A stretch of DNA of 64,000 bases from positions 3,534,001-3,598,000 of the forward strand of contig JAYWIR010000006.1 in the NCBI GenBank assembly GCA_036172245.1, written 5' to 3'. A program made the position numbers and the translations under genes. Within the stretch, counting starts at the first letter, position 1. Each line of letters begins with the position of its first letter. Shown here piece after piece: positions 50,261 to 61,760 of this stretch. The notes below the pieces were generated by a model that worked only from the letters and a program-made list of their open reading frames with translations, had not been told where the DNA came from and did not search any database. This DNA is from Raillietiella orientalis (lineage: Eukaryota).

Positions 50261-51899
50261 TCTTGCCACCACCTCTAGAGGAGAAGGGAGAGCCGTTCTC
50301 TTCGCGAGCTCCTGGGCCTTCAGGTGTTTTTCAGCCCCGGGCGGCGTCCGGGCAGGCTTGCGGAACGCCCTCCGAACGGGGCAGCCTGCTGACCTTCCAG
50401 GAGGCGGCGACGCCGCAGCACGGTGGACGCCGGAGGGTGGGAAAGTCGAATCTCCTTGCCTCCTTCTCCTCTTCCCCCTCCCCCCCGGTGTGGGCCCCGT
50501 CCAATTCCCGCCTTCCTCCCATTCGCGATTCATCAAGGCGAATTTCCCCTTCCCTCACGTCTTTGCAGGGAGGAAATGCGTCGTTGCCCGAGTCCCGGGA
50601 CTCCCGGCTCCAATTTAAACTTTCTTCCTCTTCTGAGTAAGAGGAGTTTCCCGGAAGCAAATTGCAGAGATCGGTCCCAATCTCCCAGGGTAAAGAAAAA
50701 ATCGGGAGCGGCTGCCGTCGTCGTTTTTTTTTTTTTCCTTTTTCACCTCCGCTGCCACCTGATTCGTCCTTCCGAACCGGTTCCCTTCTTCCTCTCCTTT
50801 TCATTTGTTCCTTGAGGACCCCACATCCCTTTCCTCCCGACTCCCCTTGCAGATTCTCGCTTTCCAAATCACCCGCGTGGGGGCCTCCCTCTTATGTTTC
50901 ATTCACGCCGGAGCGAAGGCGCGATTTTTCCTCAGATACAGCCTCGAGGATGATGCGCTGATGCGGTCGTCTAAGCAACGGGCGAAGAGACTCTGCGAAC
51001 TCCCTCAGCTGCGGCTCTCTCCTGGATCCCGTATCTACTTGCCGCTGCCGATCGTTCGATGCAGCGCGAGGGAGGTGGGAGATTCCGACAGGTGGAACCT
51101 CAGTAGGCGCGCCGGTGACTTCTGTCGAGGAAACGCAAGCCGGGAGGGCGGACATCCCAGAGAGGCCTGCAAGAGGGCTACCCTTCTTCGAGCCGATGGT
51201 GCTCTTTGGGAACCTCCAAGAGCAGTAGCAGCTTCCGAATCGCCTCGGTCTTCGTGCAGTTGTCCCCAATTCTCAGGCGATCCCCCGATTCTCTTCAGGA
51301 ATCCGCCCGACCAAGGGCAAGGAGATCTTTAGGGATACTCGGCTTGGAGACGATCAAGAAAAAGATGGCGGCCATGAGAGGGGAAAAAACGCTCATTTCT
51401 TTACTTTTGGGGGGGGAGGCCACCAACCTTACGTGGGCCACCAACCCCTCCACCTACACCACGTTCGATATGCCCCACCCGCCTGCACCTTGGCAACCTT
51501 TCGATTGAGTTCCTGCTGGAGCAGGAAGCTGAGGATCCGCCGCATCCCGTCGGATTACCCGTTCTCTTTGAATCGCAGTCCTCAAGGGGTCGGGATTTTC
51601 GGATATCCTTCCTCGCATCGCGGGCACTGGATCCCATCCGAAATCTTCCCCGATGCACGTGCCGCGAAACCTGGTCTTCTCCGAACGCGTCCTCTCCCGT
51701 CTGAGGGCGCCGCCTCCATTGTGGGAACTTCCCATCCCACAGCACCCCATCGTCTTCCGAATCCCTACGCCTCGGAGACGCAGCAGCTGCTGCTCTCACA
51801 GCAGCGGGAGCCACAGCAAAGCCGCCACTCCTCGACGTCCCCTGTCCTTCCGTCTTGCAGTCCCGATGATGGAGACCATTCGGAGGGCAGCCCCGGAGA

Positions 51900-53218
51900 G
51901 TCAACTTCCAATCCCGGCCAGTCAACAGAAGCATCCGATTTCCACCAGCAAGCAAACGGTGAACGGCGTGCCGGTGCGAAGCGGGATACGGCAAAGAGAC
52001 ATCCTGAGACCCCTGCTCTTTAGCACCTCTTTCGAATTGGTGCTGAGAGCACACAAGGAGACTCTGGCTATCCAGCTGTGCGTATGTTCCGGCACGCCGA
52101 CCATCTCAGCATACGTGGATGATCTGCTGTTGCTCCCCATGTCCACCCTGGCATGCGCACTCGACGGTTCTTCGAGCTGGTCAGTCGTGGGACGGGCCTG
52201 GTGGTAAACAGGGCGAAGGATGGCATCCCAGGGTGGTCGTCCGTGGTTCCCGTTGGTGCGGCGTTGGCAGAGAGGCCGAATCCGCCAGGGGATCCCCACG
52301 AGCCGGTGCTTAAAGTACCTGGGCGTTCCTCTGAGGGACTTCTGCCCCTCAGAAGCCTGGTCCGCCGTCTTCAGAACGAGAATTCCCAGTTGGCCAGCTC
52401 ACCGACGCTGCAGCTACGATTGCTCAACCTCGTGGACTTTTGCTCTAGAGCGTGCTACTGGGTACCCCGTAGGAAGACATGTAGTGACCCCCGGTGCTCG
52501 TAAACACCCACACACTTCCCTTGAAGTGGCAGGAGTCGGCGTTGATGCTGCTGCACCAGGGCCTCCCGCGCAACGCCTGCCGACATCCATGGACACGGGG
52601 TGCGTATGAACCCAAACTGTGCTAGGTGCGGGGAGCGGGAATCCCTCCCGCACCTCCTAGTGAACTGTGTTGCCCTCCGACCCCTTTGGAACGCTTTGCT
52701 GCGACCCTTGGAACCCCAGCGGCAACGTCAGAGACGTTTTAAAGCGCCCCTTCCTTAACGGCATCCTCACTCCGGACGCATCCCCAGCATCACTTTGCTG
52801 CCCACGCAACGGGACAGTGGCTGCATGGAGCAACGCCAGAGGAGGCCAGAACGACAGGGACGCCATCCATTTTGCTGTTTTCTTCATGAGGACACTGTCA
52901 AGATGGCCTCATCTGGGAACCATAAAACGGGAAATTGCTGGCATTCTTACAAGGATGCTGCGGGCGCCCCCCAACACACAGTGATCCCTTACCGAACCCC
53001 CCCCCCTCCCTTCATCTTTTTTGACTGCACTTTTTTGTTTTGTTTTTCTCTTTTTGTTTGTTTCCCCTCCCATTGTGCTGCCGAGACGAACCTTGCTGGC
53101 CTGTGTGCCAGATCCCGGCAGGTTCCTTTTCGTATTCATAAATAACGTGGCACTATCAAACGTCTTGCCACAGACATGTAGGTTTGTTTTATAAACAAAC
53201 GCCCCGGCGTGACCGGGT
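51900..53218 (+). mobile_element. LINE ORF2 pseudogene: RT core, zf-RVT and 3' UTR (internally deleted)
   Basis: VNG..SGIRQRDILRPLLF (51960-52022), SAYVDDL (~52106-52126), KYLGVPL (52313), PNCARCGERESLPHLLVNC (~52612), EIAGILTRML-stop, terminal hairpin 53203-53218. Confidence 0.88.
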
Positions 53219-53220
53219 CT

Positions 53221-53378
53221 CAACCAGCGCCGCAGCAGCGTCATCCTGTGGAAAGGGACTACAAACCCACGGCGCACCCCCCATTTCTAGGCGTTGATGC
53301 TTTCCCGGGCCGGATCCGAACCCGCGTCTCCTGGCACCCCGTTCGCGGGGACCGCAGCCGCACGGACGCCAACGCGGA
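53221..53378 (-). mobile_element. SINE-like element, partial copy (head plus start of body)
   Basis: Minus strand TCCGCGTTGGCGTCCGTGCGGCTGCGG...GCGGGTTCGGATCC, aligning to 41205-41385. Confidence 0.7.
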
Positions 53379-53429
53379 CAGGCAGCGTCCGGTGCGCGCC
53401 GTTCATCCGCTGCAGTCTTCGCGAGAAGC

Positions 53430-55630
53430 ACGTGCCTTCGCTCGGTCAGCTCGTCCGAGCAGTCGCACGCCCTGCGACCCCTCGGGGGAACATGCCTCGG
53501 AGGTGGGAAGGTGCTCTGCTGCTGCTCCCCGTGGACATCTCCGCAGCCCTTCTCTCGTGCTTGAGGTTCCGAGGAAGTCTCGGCGGGAGCCGCTATCTTA
53601 GTCGGTTCGCAGCTTCTGGCCCTTCCGGAAATGCCGCCGACGTCTCAGGGATGTCGGCCGCGTTTCTCACGCGCAGCCGGCGCATCCCTCTGGCACTTCC
53701 CCGTCTCATCGGAGGATTCTCTTCCCGCCGTGGACGCACTCCTCAAGTTCCCCTGCATCCCACGGGGTGGCGTCCTCCACCCGCGTCGCATCCCTTCCTC
53801 CCTGCCGTTCGACGCACACGCTCCTCGTCTTCTCCCGCAGGCGCGCGCAATGGAGATTGGAAAGCGGCACGCGAGCAGCAGCAGCAGCTGGACAGCGGAC
53901 GGGAGGGGCGGATCCGTGGCGGTGCTGCTGCTGCTGTAGATACGCCGGCACCTCATCATTCCGTCGAGAAGTCGCCGCGCCATCCCATTGCCGACTTGGC
54001 CCTCTGGATCGCTCCCTCTTGGGGACCGCCTCGAACAATCGCACGTTGCCCGGAAGGGGAAAACGCCGTTGGGGGAACAGCGCGCCACCGCTCCTCCCTT
54101 CCTGAAAAAGTTGATACCGCGCCCACGGCCGACCTTCCAATCCGCAGGAAGGAGGCAGTAGAGCTCAGGTGCGTTCCCGATGCGGTGGGGACATGAGGAA
54201 GCCGACTCGAGAAGGAATCCAGGTTTTGAGTCCACGAAGAGGCGACGACGGATGCAGGGTGAGACAGGCAGACTGAAGAACGGGGCTGCATCTGAGTTGA
54301 AAGGGCCCTCCGGCGTCCAGGCCTCTAGCGCTCTCGACGGGAGGACTCCGCCGATATGGGAGTCACCGCCTTGCCCCCCACGCCCACGTCTTCCAGTGGG
54401 GTTGCCGACAGGAAGAGCCACCTTCCCTTGGAACGTATTTTCCCCTGCAACGCGGGACTTGCGTCCTTCGTTGCTTTCCGTCGCCACCACACCGTCCACT
54501 GCGGGTCGCAGCTTCGGGGAGTGGCCAATGTGACAAGGAAGAACACGGGATGGATCTTCTGCCGCCCCGCGAATGGGAGTGCCTGGCTACAGGGAACTAT
54601 TCGCATGTGGGAGAGGTTCTTGTTTGTGCGCAGCAACCGTTGCACGCTCCGAGAGATCCTGGAGGATCCCGAGAAGAGCGCGTGGACAGGACGAACTTCC
54701 CTCGCTGCAGCGCTGCCTTCCCTCAGGGAACACCTGATCAGCAGCATCTCTGTGAAATGGGAAGTTAAAGTCAACATCTCCGGAAGGGAGAAAGGACTGG
54801 GAGAGTGGAAGATGGACCAGCTCACCAACGCTGCGACCCCGAGTACACCGCCCCACAGACTCTTGCTCTGAGGCGAGCTGTTGGATGTTCCGATGGAACA
54901 TCTGAAGTGGCTCCCGGTGCTCATGGACAACCGCACCCTCTCCACGGAGTGGCAGCAGTCGGTGCTGCTAGTGCTGCATTGGAGTCTTCCATGCAACGCC
55001 CGCCGCCACCACTGGACGCAGGTGTGTGTGGACCTGAACTGTGTCAGGTGCGGGATACAGGAATCCCTCCCCCACCTGTTAGTGGATTGTGTTGCCTTCC
55101 GGCTCCTGTGAGAACACTTTGCCACGGCCCTGAGAACCTTTGGAGGCAACTCCAGGCACGCTCTTAAACCCCTCTTTGTTCGCGACGTTCTTCGGCCAGC
55201 GGTCTCCCTTGAAACCCTGTGCTGCCTACGCGGGATCGTCGCAGCCTGGAGCAAAGCAACAGGAGGACCCAGCAGCAGGGATGCCATTCATCTCGCCGTC
55301 CAATTCATCAGGATGGCAACGAGATGGATCCACCTGGACAGGACTATCCAGCAAGACCTTGCTGACATCCTAGAGAGGATGGATCGGACTACCACCAGCG
55401 GACAGTGATCCCTTCTCGAACCCCCTCAAAGTGTATTTATTTTTAATTTTTGTTTTCTTTTGTTTTCCTTTTTTTTCCCCTCCCCTCTGCTGCCGTGGTG
55501 GACCGCGCTGGTCTGCATACCGGCGACCCGACAGGCCTCTTTGAAATTGGGCGTGGTTGGACCACTGGTTCAACCACAATTTCTTTTGCAATAAGTTTGT
55601 GAAAATAAACGCCTCGGCGCACCTGGGTGA
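53430..55630 (+). mobile_element. LINE ORF2 pseudogene, best-preserved 3' half (subfamily A)
   Basis: One frame 54356-55408 with two internal stops: ..EWQQSVLLVLHWSLPCNARRHHW..LNCVRCGIQESLPHLLVDC..DLADILERMDR. Weaker RT relics upstream (LLLPVDISAAL). AATAAA plus hairpin at 55605-55628. Confidence 0.88.
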
Positions 55631-56727
55631 AAATTGAACATGCCTTCCCTATACTCCGACTCTTTGAAAAAATCCACACCCCTTTTTTCGGGAAGCTCCC
55701 CTGGAGGACAGTGCGGAAGGGTCGTTCGTTCGAGGAGGGGAAAAGGGAACGCCCCGGTGGATTGGGCGCAAAGCGGCACGGTGGATTGGGGTCGCGTGGA
55801 GAGTCAAAGGTGCGGCGACGAGCGGGAAGTAGACCCGCGTGAACCGGCGAGGGGAAAGGAAGGGAGTGCAGACGATCAGAGGAGCGAGCCCGATGGGCGC
55901 ACGCCAACCAGAGAGAGGGCGAATTCATTGACTATGCGTAGGAGATCCCGCTTCAAAAAACCCCGAAAGTAGGAAAAAACGGAAACCCTTGCGGACACGG
56001 CGAGAGTTCCTGAAAACTGCAGCTGCAGACATCGTGAAAGCGCCACTCTGTTGCCTCACACGTCAGCACCCTAAAGACGTTCAAAATCCCCAAGTGACGA
56101 CGGGATATTTGACGGTTCCGCACGCAGATCCTTTTTTTGTTTCCTTCATCTTCCTCTTCGAGCCGGGAGAGTGCCAGCATCAGCCGGTCAGGCCGGTGGT
56201 GCCAGCTGACGAGCCCTGCAGAGGATCGGTTGCTTCCCGCGCAGCCGCAGCAGACGTCTCAAAACGGATGGCCGAAGCACGTGAGCGGCATGGGAGATCA
56301 GGGGTCTGAGGCGAGGGGGATGGCGCACAGATCGGTTGTGCATGACCTGCCTGGAAACATTCCAAGCCGTTCCGGAGGCGTTCGGACTCGCGCGTGAGAA
56401 GGGGATGGATCATCGCGGATCAAAGAGATCGTCATGGCGGCCAGGATTCCGATGTCACTCATCCCAGGCGTGAGCCCGATGGACGCGCTTTCCTTAAGCA
56501 TCTCCCCTTTCGAGCTGGAAAGAATGCTGTTACCTTGTTCCCCACACCCGGATCGAAAATCGCCCCCCATTTATCACAGCCTTCGCGTGCTCCACTCGTA
56601 GCTCTTCACGAGCGCAGATCGAAGCGCTCTTCTCTTTGGGTCTTCAGTTCGAAGCGTTGTTTGACCCACACGTTCAGGGAGGTGAGACGAGACGCGACGA
56701 CGCAAAGTCATCGCGCTGGATGATTTT

Positions 56728-58675
56728 TACTCTATGACACCAGGTCGTTCATTTAAAAAAATATACCACAGTTCAGAGAAGAACGACGTTCCCTGAATAG
56801 AAGAGATGCCAAAAAACAGGAAGTTCACAGGGGATGACCATTGTCTCCCAGACCGGCTTCTGAAAAGGTAGGGAACGCAGGGTGGACAAAAATAAGTAAA
56901 CAAAAGACGGGAGGTCAGGGACAGGAGCCTTTGGCTATACTTGTCTCCTTCTCCCCGGAAGCGGCTGTGTATGGCGGACATCCCACTGGCGACTTCTTCT
57001 GGTAGGCGAGGACACCTTCCAGCCGTCCTCGTCAAAGTGGCCCCCATGCTGGTGGTCTCCTCCCATTTCTGCGAACGGGACTCCATCACGGAGCGGACTG
57101 CCACCGTGGAGCGGATGCAGCGTCTCGTTGCTACCACGGCTCCCGTGTTCAGCCGGCCTTCTATCAAGAAGCGCTGCATCAAGACAGAAGGAACGTCCCA
57201 CGGGTGGCCACAGCAAGTCTCCTCCACAAGTCCTCCAGGGCATCGCAGTACAGCAGGAAATGCGGCAACGGTTCCATCGCCCAGCACCTTGAACATCTCG
57301 GGAGGCAACTTCTCCGAAAACCAGGTGCCTGCGCTGGCAATCCCCAGTGAAGAGCAGCACGTCCACAGTAGTGTGTCAGTTTCCACAGTAGAGGTAGCAC
57401 CGTAGTGTTTGCGCACAGAGGAGGGATCGCGAGTTCTTCGCGGAGCACACCGAGCAGGTCACACGGGCGAGCACGGAAGCGACTGCTGCACTCCTTCCAC
57501 AACAACCGCTCGCTGCAGGATGTCATCGTGCAGTCCACCACGTGTGCGTGGGCACAAAGAACCTCCCTAGCCGAAGCACTGCCCTCCCCCAGGGAGCACC
57601 TGGGCAGTAACCAGCTGGCCGAATGGGAGGTCAGTTGCGGAATCAGTCAGAAGACGAGGGAACTAGGTGGTTGGACCACGGGCCAGCTCGCAGACGCTGC
57701 GCCCCCAAATGCCCCACCGAAGGGACTATTGCGCTGGAGTGAGCTGCTGGGAATCTCACAGGAAGACCTCAAGTGGCAGGCTCAGCGCTGAGGAACAGTC
57801 AGGTCCTCTCCCCGAAGTGGCAGGAGTCGGCACTTCTGCTGTTGCGCTGGGGTATCCCGTGCAATGCCCTCCACTCTCACTGGACCCGAGAGGCTGACTA
57901 CTGCAGGTGAGGAGAACGGGAATCTCAGCTCTCGCACTTGCTCGTAGACTGTGTTGCCCTCCGGCTCCTGTGGTTGCGTTACGCAACGGCACTCGGGTCA
58001 TCAAAAAACACTCCCAGAGACGTGTTGAAGCGCCTCTTCGTGCGCGATGCCCTTCCGCCTGTCGCATCCCCGGCAGCTCTCATCTGCTGCCTACGTGGGA
58101 TTGGGCGACCTGGAGCTACGCGAGAAGAGGAAGGCACGACAGGAACGTCATCTGCTTCGCTTTTCGCTTCCTGAGGACGGCAGCTAAATGGTCCCACCTG
58201 GGACATACTCAGAAGAAACTTGCCGGCATCCTGGAAAGGATGCAGAGGACGACCTCCAGCATCCGCTGATCCTTTCCCTAACTCTCCCGATTTTTGTGCA
58301 TATATATATATTGCTGCCTCCCCTCCGCCGCCGAGGAGAACTTCACCGGCCTGCGTGCCGGCTACTCGGCCGGTTCCGAGCATTTTCGGACAATGTAAGG
58401 CCGATGTCCCTACACCTCTATGTCTGTTATTTTCATAAGAAACGACCCGGCGTGACCGGGTGATAAACCGAGCAGGTCATACTCCAGTGCTCCACCAAAT
58501 GAGCTCCTTCTCTCGGGAGCGATGAGTGGCAGCGTCCGCCAGCGCGGGAGGTGGTCTTGCAGGCATCGAGGACTTCCTCGAATCTCGCGGCGTTGCAGGA
58601 CAACGCTCAAGCCGCCGGTTGGTTGCTGTCGTCGCTCGCCCTGAAGACAGACAGCGCTGCGTCAAGTCCTGCAGG
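56728..58675 (+). repeat. ~1.95-kb direct repeat, copy 2 (minus subfamily-B and plus subfamily-A LINE ends)
   Basis: Matches 20741-22688. Confidence 0.97.
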
Positions 58676-58679
58676 AGAC

Positions 58680-59100
58680 TTCTCATCACTCCCACGGTAG
58701 TTGTGAAGCGTAGGCAGTTCCTCCCGGAGCACTTCGACAGTGGCCACCCTGAACTCTCGCGCCCCCTGCCGCCAAACAGTTTGTGGGGCGGCAGGAGATC
58801 CACGGGTGAGTTGCCACAAGTGAGTATAGATTCCTCAGGGGATAGTCCTTTGTGGGTTGAACGTCAGCAGCGAAAGAAGTCCTGTGCATCGCCGGTGGAT
58901 GTGGCGTGCCGGAGAACATCGGTGACCAGTCTACCATTTCCCATAAGGGGTCCCAAGGAACTGCACCTGCAGTCCATCTTGTGGATGGTCAGAATGCCCA
59001 AGCCTGCATCATGGAACGCATGATAAATGCATCGAAGTGTCCGAATGCTTCCCGTAGGGTCGAGAAAGGCGAAGTCTCCAGCTTTTTCAACTGAGAAGTG
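58680..59100 (-). mobile_element. Decayed RT C-terminal fragment
   Basis: HDAGLGILTIHKM, homologous to 22720-22810. Confidence 0.35.
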
Positions 59101-59367
59101 GGCAGCCAAGGACACCCTTGCTATTCGCCTTACGAGGGAAAAGCAGGTATACCGTCTCCTCTACGCTAAAATTTGAACAGGGTGAGTACCCAGAAGGAAG
59201 GAAGGAACTCTAAACTCGCTCCCTGAACTTTCTTCTCGATTTCGTCAAGTCACCAACACTTTCACGTCTCGCTGTGGCGTTCTTTCCCGTTCAACTCTCT
59301 GAGAGGCGAAAGCACTTCGGTCGGCGCACTCCGCGAGCGGCAACAATGCGGACACTCGAGGTGCGCT

Positions 59368-60818
59368 CCACCTTGCCGTCGCTGACGTCATTTTCATCGG
59401 CCAATAAGAACCCGCACTTTCTCCCGCGACTCGTCTCAACAATCCGAGAAACTTTCCCTCTCGAACGTTCTCCAGGCTGCCAGCGCGCGCTTCTCCCGCC
59501 AAGGTGGCTCGCCGCGCCGAATTCGCAGGGGTTGCCAGGCGCAAACGTAGCAGCCGGGTGCCGTGAGTGATTCCCGCGCGTCTTCCACGTGCGCCTCCCT
59601 ACAGGACGAGGCACGAGCAGGCGGGACGGTCACTCGTTGCCAGCCAGTAAACAACGCGACGATTCACACGCACCCTGGATGACGGGAAACCTCCTGCTTT
59701 CGTTGCTTCCCTTCCAGCTGCTTTTGTTTCTTTTCTTCTCTCTTTTCGGGTTTCATTCCTTTTTGGGGAGCTCGCCAAGTGCGGAAGAACCGTTTCGCCT
59801 CTCAAGGGAGGGAAGCTCTGAACGCTGTCCACGCCACCAGGGGGTGCGTGCAACTATTCAGGTTATAAGGGGCTTCCCCGGGAGGGGACCACCCAACCAA
59901 TCCAGGAAAGAATCCGGAGGGAGAAGTCTGCGCTTGGGAGGAGACCCCGAAGGGAACCTCCACTTCCTCGTTCTTCCCGGAGGAATCCCCCGGTTCGTAG
60001 GGGCCGCTCCTCGCTTCTTCTCTGCAGAGAACCCGCAAGGGAACAAGCAGCGGTTCCTCGAGAGACCCGCTCCCTGTTTCATCCTCTGAAGAGAGCCCCG
60101 GAGGGACGCTTCCCAATTTCTCTAAAGGGCACGTCCCGAAGGGAGCAGCGCTCTTCTTACACTCTGGAGAGGTATCAACCAGCTCCGTGGTACGCGATGG
60201 AGGGTCAGCATCCGAGGGGTGGGACGGGTCCATTTTCACAACCGGAGGGGAGCCCCGAACTCCTGGAAGGATCTCGGAGGATCAACTCCCTATCCAGGCT
60301 GGTCGAAGGCCGCATCCGGTTTCCACCAGTGCCGCACCCGATGCCCACAGGCCAACCAACGTCGTCCTGAAGGGGAGGACTCGAAAACCCACGGTGCACC
60401 CCGTCTTCTTGGCATCGACCCTTCCCTCTCCGGGAGGGATTCGAACCCGCGACGCTTGCCACCACGCGGCGGAGGCCGCAGCCACGCCGCCGCCAACGCG
60501 GCCGTGTAGCTACAAAGAACCCCTTGTCTTGTCCGCGAAAACCGAAGGACACGAAACCAGCGGCCACTCGATCACCTAGGAAACTGCATATACGCGTACG
60601 CGCTGCTGAGCGTGCTCAGGTTTCTTATTTTTAAAATTTTTAGTGAGGATGTGCACCGTGCTGGGAATTCCATCCTCCCGAGCGCAAACAGGGAGAGCCG
60701 CTTAGGTGTTGTCGTGCGATCCTTCCCGGCATCGGCCTGAACAAGGCGCGCCAGGAAGACTAACCGGCTTTCTCGCCCTGCGACTCTGGACACTTGCGAT
60801 CCCGGCGGCGGACAGCTC
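59368..60818 (+). repeat. ~1.45-kb direct repeat, copy 2, including a SINE-like copy at 59722-60502 (-)
   Basis: Matches 40251-41701. Confidence 0.97.
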
Positions 60819-60829
60819 GTTCTCTTCGT

Positions 60830-61190
60830 AAGGGGACTGCAGGTTCCCTGGCTGTTCTGGAGCGTAGCCTTTGCAGATTGGATGCTGCGAATCCGAAGGG
60901 AGCGTCTCCGCCCCCTTCCGCAGTCCGCTCACGTCTCCGAGGCGTACACGAACAAAACAGTCCGCATATCCATCGCAGTGCGAAGGAGCACCCCACGCTC
61001 CCAGTTCTTCGTTCGTTCCGAGCGCAATGAACGTAGAAAGGGAGGGAACCACGTCTTAGGGAAAACGATGGAGATGATGTTTCTCCCAGGACCTGACTGC
61101 AATGAGGGAACCATTGAGGAAAGGATAGTCTTAAGAATTCTCGGAGCTTTTCAAGCATCATGGATGCCCCTTGAGCTGATCCCCGTTGAC
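60830..61190 (-). mobile_element. Possible decayed RT core fragment
   Basis: PVNG, RGSAQGAS and GYAD occur in RT order across frames. Confidence 0.25.
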
Positions 61191-61194
61191 TGGG

Positions 61195-61760
61195 CACCTG
61201 GTTGCGCCAGGGAGTTTATTTATGTAAAATAAACATAAATGTCGGTGGTGGGGCACCTGGTCCTGCCAGGTCGCAAGTGCAACAACGGGAACCTGGCGAG
61301 AACCGGCGCGCTGGCCGGCGAGGTCCACCTCGGCAGCAGAGGAGGGGGGGACAAAAAAAAAATAAAACAAAAAAATATATATGGAAAAACATTAGGAGGG
61401 TTCAGGAAGGGATCACCAGGTGCTGGAGGGCGTCCTCTGCATCCTTGTGAGGATGTTGGCAAGTTCCTGATTTTACCATTCCCAGTTAAAGCCATCCTGA
61501 CGCTATCCTCAAGAAGAGGACTGAAAAGTAGATGGCGTCCCCGTTGCTGTGGCCTCCTCTGGCATTGTTCCATGCAGCCACGATCCCGCGTGCGCTGCAA
61601 AGTGCTCCTGGGGATGCGGCTAGTATGAGGGCGTCGTGCAGGTCACCCCCGTTTGCTGGAGGAGTAAGCGCAGGTGCGACCAGAAGGACACGCCCTTCCT
61701 CTAAGCAACCTGAGGCTTCGACCGAGAATTCCCAAAGCACCCCGAGCGAGCGCGGGCTCA
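61195..61760 (-). mobile_element. LINE 3' end, subfamily A
   Basis: ALCSARGIVAAWNNARGGHSNGDAIYFSVLFLRIASGW, then the 3' UTR block, AATAAA and CCTGG-CGCAA-CCAGG (61197-61211). Confidence 0.8.

Noticed and set aside
56300..56600. APE endonuclease relic (MGGDF, minus strand)
   Set aside because: A single short motif, not enough to list as a feature.
40251..60818. LTR or DIRS retrotransposon bounded by the 1.45-kb repeats
   Set aside because: No TG..CA, PBS, PPT or TSD. The interior has no gag/pol/integrase or tyrosine recombinase, only mixed-orientation LINE debris.
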